From NCBI GenBank assembly GCA_014238055.1, contig JABABV010000001.1:184938-248937 (forward strand): a DNA stretch of 64,000 bases, given 5' to 3'. This document shows positions 53,540 through 64,000 of the stretch, piece by piece. How positions within the stretch are numbered: position 1 is the stretch's first letter; each line of letters begins with the position of its first letter. Under the pieces are notes generated by a model. That model did no database searches. It saw only the letters and a program-made list of their open reading frames with translations, and was not told where the DNA came from. The stretch comes from Mycoplasmatales bacterium (GTDB lineage Bacteria; Bacillota_I; Bacilli_A; Mycoplasmatales; JABABV01). The position numbers were made by a program, and so were the translations under genes.

Positions 53540-54279
53540 TAATTATCTCCTTCGTTATTTCAACGATAAATCGCCTTTGCTTGTTCGCTATATTCATTAT
53601 TATGATTTTGAATTACAAACGGTTTTTGCACAATTAAATTATGTTTTCCATTTAAGTTTAATTCTATTAAAACGCTTTGTGATGGTTTTGAAAATTTAGG
53701 AAAAATAAACTGTAATTTACTAATAGAAAAATTATATTTATTTGCAAATATAAATATTTCTTTTAATCGTGATGGTGGATATATCAAACTTAAACGACCT
53801 TTATTTTTCAGTAATTTACTAGATTTAGAAATTATATCTTCTAAAGTTAGTTTTAATTCATGCCTTGCTATTTGAAAAGATACGTTTTTATTCATTTTAT
53901 TATTATTGATTTTAAAAAATGGTGGATTACAAATTATTAAATCAAATTTTTTAGTGGTGTTATTTATAGATCATTGATTAAAATCAACATTTTCTAACGA
54001 AATATTATCAGAGACTTTATTTAAAATAAAATTTTCTTTAGCTAATTCACAAGCTGTTTCTTGAATTTCTAAAGCTGTTATTTTTAAATTTGGTTTTGCT
54101 AAGGCTAATATTAATGAAACAACTCCATTATTAGTACCTATTTCCAATACATTTACATCATTAGTTAATAACGTAGTTTTTCTAGCTAAAATTAAACTAT
54201 CGATTGAAAAATTAAACATTTCACTATCTTGATATATCTTTCAAGGTTGATCTTTGAAAATATAATTCAAAACTTTCAT
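53539..54279 (-). CDS. N6-adenine methyltransferase, tRNA1(Val) m6A37 TrmN6/YabB-like
   Basis: SAM-binding VLEIGTNNG and catalytic NPPF. The stop overlaps the next ATG (TAATG). Confidence 0.65.
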
Positions 54280-55071
54280 TTAAATAATTCCTTCTTCTAA
54301 AACAATAAACATATTTATTATAAATATCTTTTTATTATTTTCTTGAAAATCACTGTATAATTTTAAAATATTTTTCAAAATTATGATTAATTTTGAATTA
54401 CTACTTTTATTTAAATCATGATTTATTTTATTATTTAATAAATTAATAATAGTTTCAAAAATAATAGTTTGATTATTTTTTATTTCAGATAATAATAATT
54501 CGTTTTTATAAAGTTGATAATTAATACTATCTCTTTTAAATAAACTAACTAACATTTTTTTAATAGAAGATGATATCACTTCATAATTTTCTTCAGAAAT
54601 ACCAAGATTATCTATTAAATTATTAGATTTAATTTTATTATTAGTTTCTAAATATATTTTTTGCGATCTCGAAACAATAGTATCAATCACATCTTCTTCT
54701 TTTGAACAAGACATAATAATGTAATAATTATTAAGATTTTCCATTAATTTTAATAAACTGTTAGCTACTTGTTCGCTAATTTGATCAATATTCTTTATAT
54801 AAATGATCGTTTTAATAGTTGATTTTTGATGACAAAATTCAATTATATTATTAACATTATTTTTATCTAAAATATTTTCTTTATCAAACGTAATTATATT
54901 ACTTAAACTATTATTACCATTGATAATTTTGATAATTTCTTTAATTAATTTATCAGTTTTTACAACATTTTTATTTATAAATAAAAAACAATTAGCTAAT
55001 TTATTATTTTTAATAGCTTTTTCAAAATATTTAAAAATATGTTTTTGTGAATTTAGAAAGTTATTATTCAT
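54280..55071 (-). CDS. holB: DNA polymerase III delta' subunit (HolB), divergent
   Basis: Call rests mainly on the tmk-holB gene order and the N-terminal ...LANCFLF... clamp-loader-like segment. The sequence is very AT-biased. Confidence 0.55.
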   Translation of the reverse strand: MNNNFLNSQKHIFKYFEKAIKNNKLANCFLFINKNVVKTDKLIKEIIKIINGNNSLSNIITFDKENILDKNNVNNIIEFCHQKSTIKTIIYIKNIDQISEQVANSLLKLMENLNNYYIIMSCSKEEDVIDTIVSRSQKIYLETNNKIKSNNLIDNLGISEENYEVISSSIKKMLVSLFKRDSINYQLYKNELLLSEIKNNQTIIFETIINLLNNKINHDLNKSSNSKLIIILKNILKLYSDFQENNKKIFIINMFIVLEEGII

Positions 55072-55708
55072 CTTTTAAATGTCTTAGAACTACTCTAAAA
55101 ACTTGCTCAAGAACTTTATCAATAGAATTTGATGCATCTATTTTTTTTATTCTTTTCGGTCATTTTTTAAATAATTCTAAATAGCCATTTCTAACTTTAT
55201 TATGAAATTCTAAACTTTCATTATCTAATCTATTTTTATTTAAATTTCGATTTTCAATTCTGTTTAAACCTATCTTAGCTTCAATATCTAAATATATTGT
55301 TAAGCTAGGCATCATTTCATCGATAGCAAATTTATTCAATTCAAAGACTTCGTTAATCCCTATTCCTCTAGCTATACCTTGGTACACTAAAGAAGAATCT
55401 AAAAATCTATCACATAATATAATTTTATTTTTTGATAAAGCTGGCAGAACTTTTTCAACTAAATGTTGTCTTCTTGAAGCGGCATATAAAATCGCTTCTG
55501 TTCTAGCATCCATATTATTGTTGTTGTTATCTAAAATAATATTTCTGATATCTTCTGATATCTTAACTCCGCCTGGTTCTCTAGTTATAACAATATTATC
55601 TGATTGAAATATTTTATCTTTAATAAGTTTTTCTTTTAACAAAGATATTATTGTAGTTTTACCACTACCTTCACATCCTTCAAAACTAATAAAAGTTTTA
55701 TTATTCAT
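55064..55708 (-). CDS. tmk: Thymidylate kinase
   Basis: [15 protein letters not shown]-loop and [12 protein letters not shown]. The track stop at 55160 is a TGA; the true TAA is at 55066-55064. Confidence 0.9.
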
Positions 55709-56004
55709 TAAAATAAACCTGGCATTCCTGCGGCTTGTTGAGGCATTGATTCAGATAAAGCAGCATCAATTTGTTCCATTAATTTATTTATAGTAATTTG
55801 CAGTAAATCAAATAACATTTCTTTATCTTCTGGATCAATTAAATCATTATCAATATTAATACTGATAACTTTTTTTTCTCCTGTCATTTTAATTTCGATT
55901 CCTTGATTATTTAACGTAAATTCTTTAGCATTAAATTCCTCTTGTTTTTTAGCCATATTTTTTTGCATTTTTTTAGCTTGTTGCATTAGTGCTTGAATGT
56001 TCAT
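55708..56004 (-). CDS. ybaB: YbaB/EbfC nucleoid-associated protein
   Basis: [17 protein letters not shown]... and C-terminal GMPGLF. Confidence 0.85.
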   Translation of the reverse strand: MNIQALMQQAKKMQKNMAKKQEEFNAKEFTLNNQGIEIKMTGEKKVISINIDNDLIDPEDKEMLFDLLQITINKLMEQIDAALSESMPQQAAGMPGLF

Positions 56005-56062
56005 TTTATTCTCCTTGATTTTTAAATTATTATTTAATAAATATTATAACCTATAATCTACT

Positions 56063-58057
56063 TTACAGAACTTTTAATTCAATCAAAATATCACGAAGTT
56101 CAGTCGCTCTTTCAAAATCTAATTCTTTGGCAGCTTCCAACATTTGTTTTTTTAATTTTAAAACTAATTTTTCTTTGTCTGCTTTATCTTTTAACTTATT
56201 ACGTTTAGATTTTATGAATGACATTATCGCGTTTTCAGTATTAGAATTTTTAATCGGATTATGAATCGGTTTAATTATAGTTTGTGGAGTAATTGAATGC
56301 TTTTTATTATATGCTCTTTGAATATCTCTACGACGATCAGTTTCGTCAATAGCTTTTTGCATAGAATCGGTTATTCTATCTGCATACATAATTACTTTTC
56401 CTTCTTTATTTCGAGAAGCTCTACCAATAATTTGAATTAAAGATCTAGTATCTCTTAAAAATCCTGCTTTATCAGCATCTAGAATTAAAATTTTTGAAAT
56501 TTCTGGAATGTCTAATCCTTCTCTCAATAAATTTATTCCAATAATAACATCAATTTTTCCTAATCTTAAATCTCTGATTACTTGTAATCGTTCTAAAGTT
56601 TTTAATTCACTATGTAAATATGCTGATTTTATTTTCTTTTCCTTTAGAAAAGTCGTTAATTTTTCCGACATTCTAATAGTTAAAGTTAAAAGCATAGTTC
56701 TATGTTTTTTAGCAATTGTTTGTTTTATTTCGTTGATAATATCATCCATTTGACCGGTAGATCTACGAATTTCTATAGTTGGATCTAATAGTCCGGTTGG
56801 ACGAATTATTTGTTCGATAAATTTATTATTTACTAGTTCTGATTCGTATTTTCCTGGAGTTGCCGATACATAAATAGTGTTAGGCATCAAACTATTAAAT
56901 TCATCGAATTGTAAAGGTCGATTATTTAGTGCGCTCGGTAATCTGAATCCAAAATTAACTAAATTACTTTTTCGAGAAAAATCACCACTATACATTCCTC
57001 TTATTTGAGGTAGAGAAATATGTGACTCATCTATAACTAAAAGAAAATCTTTACCAAAATAATCTATTAGAGTATATGGTCTTTGGTCATCATTTCTAAG
57101 ATCTAAATGTTGAGCATAATTTTCTACACCTGGACAAAAGCCAAATTCTTCTAATGAATTGATATCGTTCAATGTTCGTTCTTTTATTCTTTGATATTCA
57201 ATAATACGATTATTTTCTTTAAAAAATGTTAATCTTTTTTCTAATTCAATTTTAATTCTAGCAACCGATTTTTTCAACCCATCAGGTGTTGTTTTATAAT
57301 CTTTAGCCGGGAATAACGTATATCTTTTATAAGAATTCATAATTTTTTTATTAAGTTTATCTAACTTATAAATACCATCTATAGTATTACCGAATAAATC
57401 TATCCTAATAAAATATTCATCAGTTCAACCTGGAGATATTTCAATAACATCTCCTCGAGCACGAATAGATCCCGGATTTGAACTTTTATCATTTCGTACA
57501 TAACCCATGTCAATTAATTTTAAAATTAAAGCTTCTTTTGTTGTTATCTTTTCAACTTCAATTTCAAAAAAAAGTTCTTTGTATTTTTCAGGATTATATT
57601 CACCATAAATAGCTGCCACACTCGCAATGACAATAACGTCTTTTCTAGTCGTTAAAGCGTTAAGTGTAGATAAACGCATCATTTCAATTTCCATATTAGA
57701 TTTAGCAGTTTTTTCAATATACGTATCACTTTTAGATACGTATGCTTCGGGTTGATAAAAATCAAAATTAGAAATAAAATATTCTACTCTATTTTCAGGA
57801 AACAAAAATTTCATTTCACTATATAATTGAGCAGCAAGTGTTTTATTAGCTACCATAATTAAAGTAGGTCGATTAAATTCATTAATGACATTAGCGACTG
57901 TAAAAGTTTTTCCAGTTCCAGTTGCTCCCATTAATACTTGGTCTTTAATTCCTTTCTTTAAACCAGCACTTAATTTTGATATAGCATTGATTTGATCGCC
58001 TTTAGGTTTATAAGGCGCTGATATTTTTAAAACTTTATTTTCTGTTTTTTTAGTCAT
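56063..58057 (-). CDS. uvrB: Excinuclease ABC subunit B
   Basis: GATGTGKTFT Walker A, DESH, and C-terminal UVR domain (FERATELRD). Two fragments in the same frame. Confidence 0.95.
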
Positions 58058-58093
58058 ATAATAATTATATATAAAAAACTATTAATATGAATA

Positions 58094-58122
58094 AAAAAAA
58101 CGAACAAATTGTTCGTTTTTTT
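58094..58122. terminator. Bidirectional terminator
   Basis: AAAAAAACGAAC-AAATT-GTTCGTTTTTTT. Confidence 0.65.
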
Positions 58123-58132
58123 TATTTAAAAA

Positions 58133-58903
58133 TTATAATCTTAATTTTGCAAATTTACCAAATATTTTATCGTAACCTTTAATGATTCATTCTACTATGA
58201 ATCCAAAGAAAAATGGTGATAATGTAGCAAATCCAAAAATACTTTTATAATCAGACGTCGGTAATACCACTAAAAATAAAACGATTGAAATTACACCAGT
58301 TGCAGCATCACAAGCAATTCTCATGTATTTATATTCAACTTTAAATGATATACATCCTCATAATGTAAATCCATTATAAGGTCCTTGAAATAAAAACCCT
58401 CTAATGAAGATAGCTACTCCAAAAGCTAATACTAACGTAGAAATAATACCAAATAATATGATCATTCCATAGTTATCATGACTTCAAAGTTTTTCTATGT
58501 AATTACTAAATGTTGTTCCACTACCAATAACTTTAGATCACATTCCTACTAAAAAACCAGAAAAATAAACATAAGTTAAAGTTGCACATAGTTGAATTAT
58601 ATGAGTTCAATTATGTAATTTTTTCATTTTTCTTAAAACTAATAAATCTATTATAAAAATTGAAAGCATAAATATTCATACTATATAACTTGTATATTTA
58701 CCATTTGTATAATCTCATCCTGAATTCGGGAAAGCGTGTTGTACAACAGCAACGATAGCTGCGAAAAACCCATCTAAAGGATCGTAACCACTATGTATTG
58801 TTACAATTAGTGTGATTCCTAAAGATAAAGCCAATATTCCTATTATAGTAGTAACTACTTGAACATAGAAATCTGGGGTTTTTAAATAATTTTTTTTATT
58901 CAT
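58133..58903 (-). CDS. Polytopic membrane protein (256 aa), family uncertain (YczE/YitT-like?)
   Basis: Open in code 4, about 6-7 hydrophobic segments. Family not securely recognised. Confidence 0.5.
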
Positions 58904-58907
58904 TTTT

Positions 58908-59555
58908 TTAATATTCTCCTTTTAATATGTATTGGTCACCATTAAATCTCTGGGGAAAATAATTTATATTAATATCTCAACTATATTTTTTACTAACGGG
59001 ATATTTTTCTAAATATCCTAGATGATTCACATATTTATTAATATCTAATAACTTCGATAATTTAAATAAAACATCTTTAGTTGCCATAATATCATCTAAT
59101 GAATTATGAGCATTTTCTAAACTAATATCTAACTTCTGACAAGCATTTACTAATTTATGGGGATATTTATAATGATCTCGATAAATTGTTAAAGGACATA
59201 AAACATTTTTTAATACTAAAGGTTTTTTTAAAATTTTTAAAAAACTATTATGTAAAAAATCTAAATCAAAAACAGCATTATAAGCAACTACTAAATCTGC
59301 TCCTTCAATAATTTTATAGACTTTTTCTAAAACTTTTTTAGGATCAAATCCATTTTCTTTTAAAAACTTTTTTGATAACTTATGAATTTTAAAAGATTCT
59401 TCAGGAATATCTATATTATGATCACAATAAATATTATGTTTATACATAATCTTACCTTGATTAACTGCAATAATTCCAATAGATAATATTTCGTCCTTTT
59501 TAGTATCGATACCTGTTGTTTCTAAATCTAAATAGACTACTTTTTTAAAACTCAT
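58908..59555 (-). CDS. DEDD 3'-5' exonuclease (DnaQ/PolC-exonuclease-like)
   Basis: VVYLDLETTG (Exo I), AYNAVFDLDFL (Exo II), HNSLDDIMAT (Exo III). Start taken at MSFKK (59555), just after the secA stop. The track stop at 58977 is a TGA. Confidence 0.8.
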
Positions 59556-59559
59556 ATAT

Positions 59560-62013
59560 TTAAAAAAGTAATACTCTTCCAGCAATAAATTTACTAATTT
59601 CTGGTTTTTTAATTTCTGGTTTTTCAACAACAGCAGCTTCAGGGACGATTTCTTTACTTTCGTTAGTTGCTTTATTTTCTAAATCAGCATTCATAATAAT
59701 TCTAACTGTATTATGAGCTATTCTACGTTTTAATTCTTGGAATAGTTTATCTGCTTCTTCAACATATACTTGTAATGGATTTTTTTGAGCATATGATCTT
59801 AAATAAATTCCATGTTTTAGTTTATCAAGTTCATCGATATGTTTTTGTCAATTTTGATCAAAAACTTGTAAAGATAACGTCTTTTCAAAAGAATTATATG
59901 CATCTTCTTTAAAAGATTTTTTATTTTCATAATTATTTTTTAGTTTTTCAAAAACAATTGTTTTAATTCCATCATTATCTTTATTTTCTATATCATCAAT
60001 AATAATTTTGTTATCGTAATTAGCGAAATGAGATTTATTTAAAGCTAAAATTAATTTATCTTTAACAACATTTCCTTCACTATCTACTAAGAAAGGTAGT
60101 GCTACGATATCACTAGTAACAGATTTAAGCATACTATAAACTATATTAGTAACGTTTTCATTGTCGATAAAAACTTGTCTTTGACGATACATTATTTCTC
60201 TTTGTTGACGAATAACATCATCATAATCTAAAACATTTTTTCGAGAATCGAAATTCATTCCTTCAATTCTTTTTTGAGCAGAAGTTATTTTTCTAGAAAT
60301 AATTCTTGATTTAATCGGTGCATCTTCAAAAGAAGCAAAGATTTTTTTCAATTTTTCATACGATGTAAATCTACGCATAATATTATCGTCAATTGAAATA
60401 TAAAATCTAGAATCTCCTTTATCACCTTGACGGCCAGAACGACCTCTTAATTGATTATCAATTCTTCTAGCTTCATGTCTTTCAGTTCCAATAACTGCAA
60501 GTCCACCTAATTTTTTAACACCTTCACCTAATTTAATATCAGTTCCACGACCCGCCATATTAGTAGCAATAGTAACACTACCTCTTTGACCAGCTTTAGA
60601 AATAATTTGAGCTTCGTTTAAATGGTTTTTGGCATTTAAGATTTCATGTTTAATTTTAGCTTCTTTTAATAATTTTGATAAATGTTCTGAATATTCAACA
60701 GCACTAGTACCAACTAATATTGGTTGTGTTTGAGCATGCTTTTCAGCGATAGCAGCAACTACTGCTTTTCATTTAGCGGCCATATTAGAAAAAATTAAAT
60801 CATGGTCATCTCTTCTAATAATAGGTTTATTAGTAGGAATTACAATTACTCGCATATTATATATTTTTAAAAATTCTTCTTCTTCAGTTTTAGCAGTTCC
60901 TGTCATACCTGATAATTTTTTATACATTCTAAAAAAGTTTTGATATGTGATAGTTGCTAAAGTTTTAGTTTCTGGTTCAATTTTTACGCCTTCTTTAGCT
61001 TGGATTGCTTGTTGTAATCCTTCACTGTAAGAACGACCTTCCATAACACGACCAGTAAATTGATCAACTAATAATATTTCATCATCTTTGACCATGTATT
61101 CAATATCGTATTTCATAATATAATTAGCACGTAAAGCATTTTGTACTCGATGAACGATTTCAGAATGTTGCATCGAAAATAAATTTTTTAATTTAAAAAA
61201 TTCTTCAGCTTTCTTAACACCTTCTGGTTCTAAAGAAATACTTTTACTTTCGTGATCTATTTTATATTCTTTATCATTTAATGATTTTACGAATTTATCA
61301 ACAGAAATGTAAAGTTCTGATGGCGTTGAATCTCCTCCAGAAATAATTAATGGTGTTCTAGCTTCATCAATTAAAATTGAATCAGCTTCATCAATTACAG
61401 CAAAGTGGTGGCCACGTTGAACTTGATTCATTTTTGTTTTACACATATTATCTCTTAGATAATCAAACCCTAATTCAGAGTTTACTGTATAAGTGATATC
61501 GCAATCGTAAGCTTTTTTCTTTTCGGGATTACCCATATCTTTTAAACTAACACCAACTGTTAATCCAAGAAAACGATAAACTTCACCTGTTATTTCAGCA
61601 TCACGTTGTGCTAAATATTCATTAACAGTAACAACATGGACACCTTTTCCTCCTAAAGCATTTAAATATACTGGCATAGTAGCTGTTAAAGTTTTACCTT
61701 CTCCAGTTTTCATTTCAGCAACGTCACCACGATGAATCGCTACCGCTCCAATAACTTGTACTTTAAAGGCAAATAAACCTAATACTCGACGAGCAGCTTC
61801 TCTTACAACTGCATAAGCTTCTGGTAGAATATTATCGACTGTTTTCCCATTTTCTAATTCTTGAATAAAATATGAAGTTTTAGCTTTTAATTCTTCATCT
61901 GATAAATTTTTCATTTCGTCAGATAAATTATTTATAGTTTCATAGATCTTACTAGTTTTTTTTATAAATAGACTATCTTTACTTAAGTTTTTAAAAATTC
62001 CCATTATTATCAA
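59560..62013 (-). CDS. secA: Preprotein translocase ATPase SecA
   Basis: [32 protein letters not shown]. Start is either TTG 62013 or ATG 62004. TAA at 59562-59560. Confidence 0.95.
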
Positions 62014-62080
62014 TTTACTCCTTTGTCTATAGTTGGCTTGAAGCCAATTAATTTAAACTATTAATATTATACCAAATAAA

Positions 62081-62683
62081 TTAAATAATTTTCTTACTCA
62101 ATACTAATAATTTAATATTTTTCGGTTTAAATTTTAAAATTTTGTGTTTAATTGATAATAATGTGTTGCCAGTTGTCATAACATCATCAACTAATAAAAT
62201 GTTTTTACCAGTTATTAAAGAACCATAACTAATCGAAATAGTGTCAAAAATTTTTCTTCTACCATTTATCGATTGTTCTGATTGTTTATATTGTTTATTT
62301 TTGTAACAAACATCTAAAACAGGTAAATTAAGTGATTTAAAAATAATTTTTGTATGATTAAAACCTCTTTTAAAATCACTTAAATAATAAGAAGGTGCCG
62401 TAATAATAAAATAATTTTTGTATTTATTAATTAATTGTTTTTTAAAAGGGGTTATTAAATTAACACCTGCTTTTAAATCATTATTAACTTTTAAATCAAA
62501 AATTATTTTTTTTAAAATTTTGGAATATAAATAAAGGATATGTACTTTTTCATTTTTTATTATCTTAATATCATTAATTACAAATAGTTTTTTATTACAT
62601 CTGTAACAAAAAACTTTTTGACTTTTATAAATAAAATCTATAAAAGTAATTATATTTATTTTACAATTTAAACATCTCATCAA
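62081..62683 (-). CDS. comFC: ComF-family protein (ComFC-like phosphoribosyltransferase domain)
   Basis: N-terminal Cys pairs (CLNC...CYRC) and PRTase motif ILLVDDVMTTGNT. comF-secA neighbourhood as in Bacillus. Confidence 0.75.
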   Translation of the reverse strand: MMRCLNCKINIITFIDFIYKSQKVFCYRCNKKLFVINDIKIIKNEKVHILYLYSKILKKIIFDLKVNNDLKAGVNLITPFKKQLINKYKNYFIITAPSYYLSDFKRGFNHTKIIFKSLNLPVLDVCYKNKQYKQSEQSINGRRKIFDTISISYGSLITGKNILLVDDVMTTGNTLLSIKHKILKFKPKNIKLLVLSKKII

Positions 62684-62720
62684 TAAATATATATTAATTT
62701 CTAGATTCTTTTCCTTTAAT

Positions 62721-63641
62721 TTAATCTAAAATATTTTGAATTTCACTAATGTGAGCTTTTTCTAACAAAAATAAACTAAGTTTAAATAAATTTATTTTAA
62801 AAGAAAAACTCGTACCGTCTAATTCGTATGTTTTTTCTCCATGATTCAAATCATTTACATTTAAAATATTTTTCAAACTATCTTTTTCACGAATTGATAA
62901 CCTTAAAATATCATAAGATCTATGATAAAAATTATTATAAACAAATAATTTTGCATCTAGTTCTTCTTCATTATATTTTTTTTCTTTTTGTTCTAATTGT
63001 TTTCCAGAATTTAATTTTGAATTCATTCCATAAATTAAAACTATATTATGTTTTTCAACAATAGCGTTGATTCGTTCTTCTAAAGATAAATACCCAAACT
63101 CTTTTTCAATTTCTTGAAATGAAATTACTTTTATTTTATCTTTAAACAAAAATTTTAATTTAGAAAATTTTTTTATTAAAATATCATTAAGATCTACAAG
63201 CATTTTATTGATAAAATAAAAACTATTATTTAAATATTTAAAATTTCTATTTTCATCGGTAATTTTTAATTCTACATCAATTTCATTAACACTATAAAAT
63301 TGAGTAGGATTAGGCGTTAAATCACGATCAATATAAACATTATTAGTAATGATTCCTTCGTTATTTTTCATTTTAAATTTAACTAGTGATTTTAACAATA
63401 AATTATCAAAATCAACTGGTAAAGAGTAAATTTGTAAGTCATCCTTCGTATCAAAATTAATGTTTTTTTGATACAAGTTTTTATTAGAGTTATATTTTAT
63501 AAAATTAGGTAAATTGATTTCTAATAAAGTGTATTGATTTTTTAACGCCGAATAGATTTCTTTTTTAATAATTTCAAAAGCTTGTAAAGTTTCTTTTTCA
63601 TTTAATATAGAATTATAATATTTTGGTAATGAATTAAGCAT
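62721..63641 (-). CDS. AsnA (aspartate-ammonia ligase)-like protein, divergent
   Basis: The N-terminal and C-terminal stretches (LLEINLPNFI...; ...LSLFLLEKAHISEIQ) resemble E. coli AsnA as I recall it. The Gly-rich GGGIGQSR-type motif is not conserved. Confidence 0.45.
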   Translation of the reverse strand: MLNSLPKYYNSILNEKETLQAFEIIKKEIYSALKNQYTLLEINLPNFIKYNSNKNLYQKNINFDTKDDLQIYSLPVDFDNLLLKSLVKFKMKNNEGIITNNVYIDRDLTPNPTQFYSVNEIDVELKITDENRNFKYLNNSFYFINKMLVDLNDILIKKFSKLKFLFKDKIKVISFQEIEKEFGYLSLEERINAIVEKHNIVLIYGMNSKLNSGKQLEQKEKKYNEEELDAKLFVYNNFYHRSYDILRLSIREKDSLKNILNVNDLNHGEKTYELDGTSFSFKINLFKLSLFLLEKAHISEIQNILD

Positions 63642-63643
63642 AA

Positions 63644-64000
63644 TTACCTCTGAGTTTTATCGTAATGTTTACCAGCGGCTTTCGGCGCCAGTGATTTACG
63701 GGAAGTTATAATCAATGCAATGATCGAAATTATGAAAGGTCAAATTAATAATAAATTAGTGTCGATCGCTCCAATTGCATAATCTTTTCCTGTAAAAAAG
63801 TGAGTTAAGTGAGTGAATCAAGTTAATCTTAAAGCACCGTGATCCATCGCGATTCCTTCTAAAGTTCCGAAGAATATCGCACTTAAAAATACTGTAATTA
63901 TTCTTCATCTTCCAAAAATCAAGATCGCTAAGGCAATGAATCCCATTCCGTTTACGTTTCCTGCAAAAGATCCAATATCTTGTACAAAGATTGCGCCTGC
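63644..64000 (-). CDS. ABC transporter permease, C-terminal part (5' end outside window)
   Basis: Hydrophobic C-terminus ...GNVNGMGFIALAILIFGRW... typical of sugar/nucleoside-type ABC permeases. TAA at 63646-63644. Confidence 0.5.

Noticed and set aside
59556-59630. Upstream start ([12 protein letters not shown]...) for the exonuclease gene
   Set aside because: This stretch is the out-of-frame image of the secA C-terminal repeat (PEIKKPEI) and would overlap secA by about 70 nt. The start at MSFKK directly follows the secA stop.
1-64000. CRISPR arrays, IS elements or transposases, integrases, prophage, restriction-modification, toxin-antitoxin or other defence systems
   Set aside because: After re-joining ORFs with code 4 I scanned both strands. 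No spaced direct-repeat array, no DDE or serine/tyrosine recombinase motifs, and no unexplained multi-gene block other than the glycoconjugate loci described. The only MTase-like genes are rRNA/tRNA methyltransferases in conserved housekeeping contexts.

Overview
AT-rich Mollicutes (Mycoplasma-type) chromosomal segment that has to be read with genetic code 4. Almost every conserved gene is split in the supplied standard-code ORF track at in-frame TGA codons, and these fall on conserved Trp positions (thioredoxin W-CGPC, GH38 HTHWDREW, GH1, SecA, UvrB). I therefore re-joined the fragments by checking frame continuity by hand.

Contents, left to right:
- Two tandemly duplicated lipoprotein genes.
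- cutC.
- A Pro-Ala-Met / Ile2-Ser-fMet-Asp-Phe tRNA operon, interrupted by a tRNA-like relic.
- A sugar block: a GH1 6-phospho-beta-glucosidase, a GH38 alpha-mannosidase and a ROK kinase, convergent with an unusually long Fru-family PTS IIABC.
- cysS-rlmB-sigH-like sigma factor.
- Two lipoproteins and a HIT protein.
- A GT4 glycosyltransferase followed by a phosphohexomutase fused in frame to a flippase-like (LPG_synthase_TM/UPF0104) membrane domain.
- nagB-nagA, then metK behind an S-box (SAM-I)-like leader.
- PTS EIICB, a DMT transporter and tpx.
- A ~10.6 kb two-operon glycoconjugate locus: tarI-tarJ (CDP-ribitol), a 668-aa polytopic membrane protein, a HAD phosphatase, a GT2, trxA, three tandem LicD paralogues, a LicC-like cytidylyltransferase and a HisC/CobD-like PLP enzyme.
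- An Asn-Glu-Val-[tRNA-like]-Thr-Lys-Leu tRNA operon.
- purA-purB-guaC.
- A dNTP supercluster: class II B12-type nrdJ, tdk, folA, thyA, a dimeric-type dUTPase and tmk.
- Housekeeping genes: holB, ybaB, uvrB, secA, comFC.

I saw no rRNA, CRISPR array, transposase or integrase, and no recognisable restriction-modification, toxin-antitoxin or other defence system.

The most interesting signal is the CDP-ribitol / LicD x3 / LicC / PLP-enzyme locus, a teichoic-acid-like phospho-polyol decoration pathway in a wall-less bacterium. Next come the phosphohexomutase-flippase fusion, the metK S-box-like leader and the two tRNA-like elements inside tRNA operons. All coordinates come from manual frame tracing and all function calls from motif recognition. 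No database search was possible.
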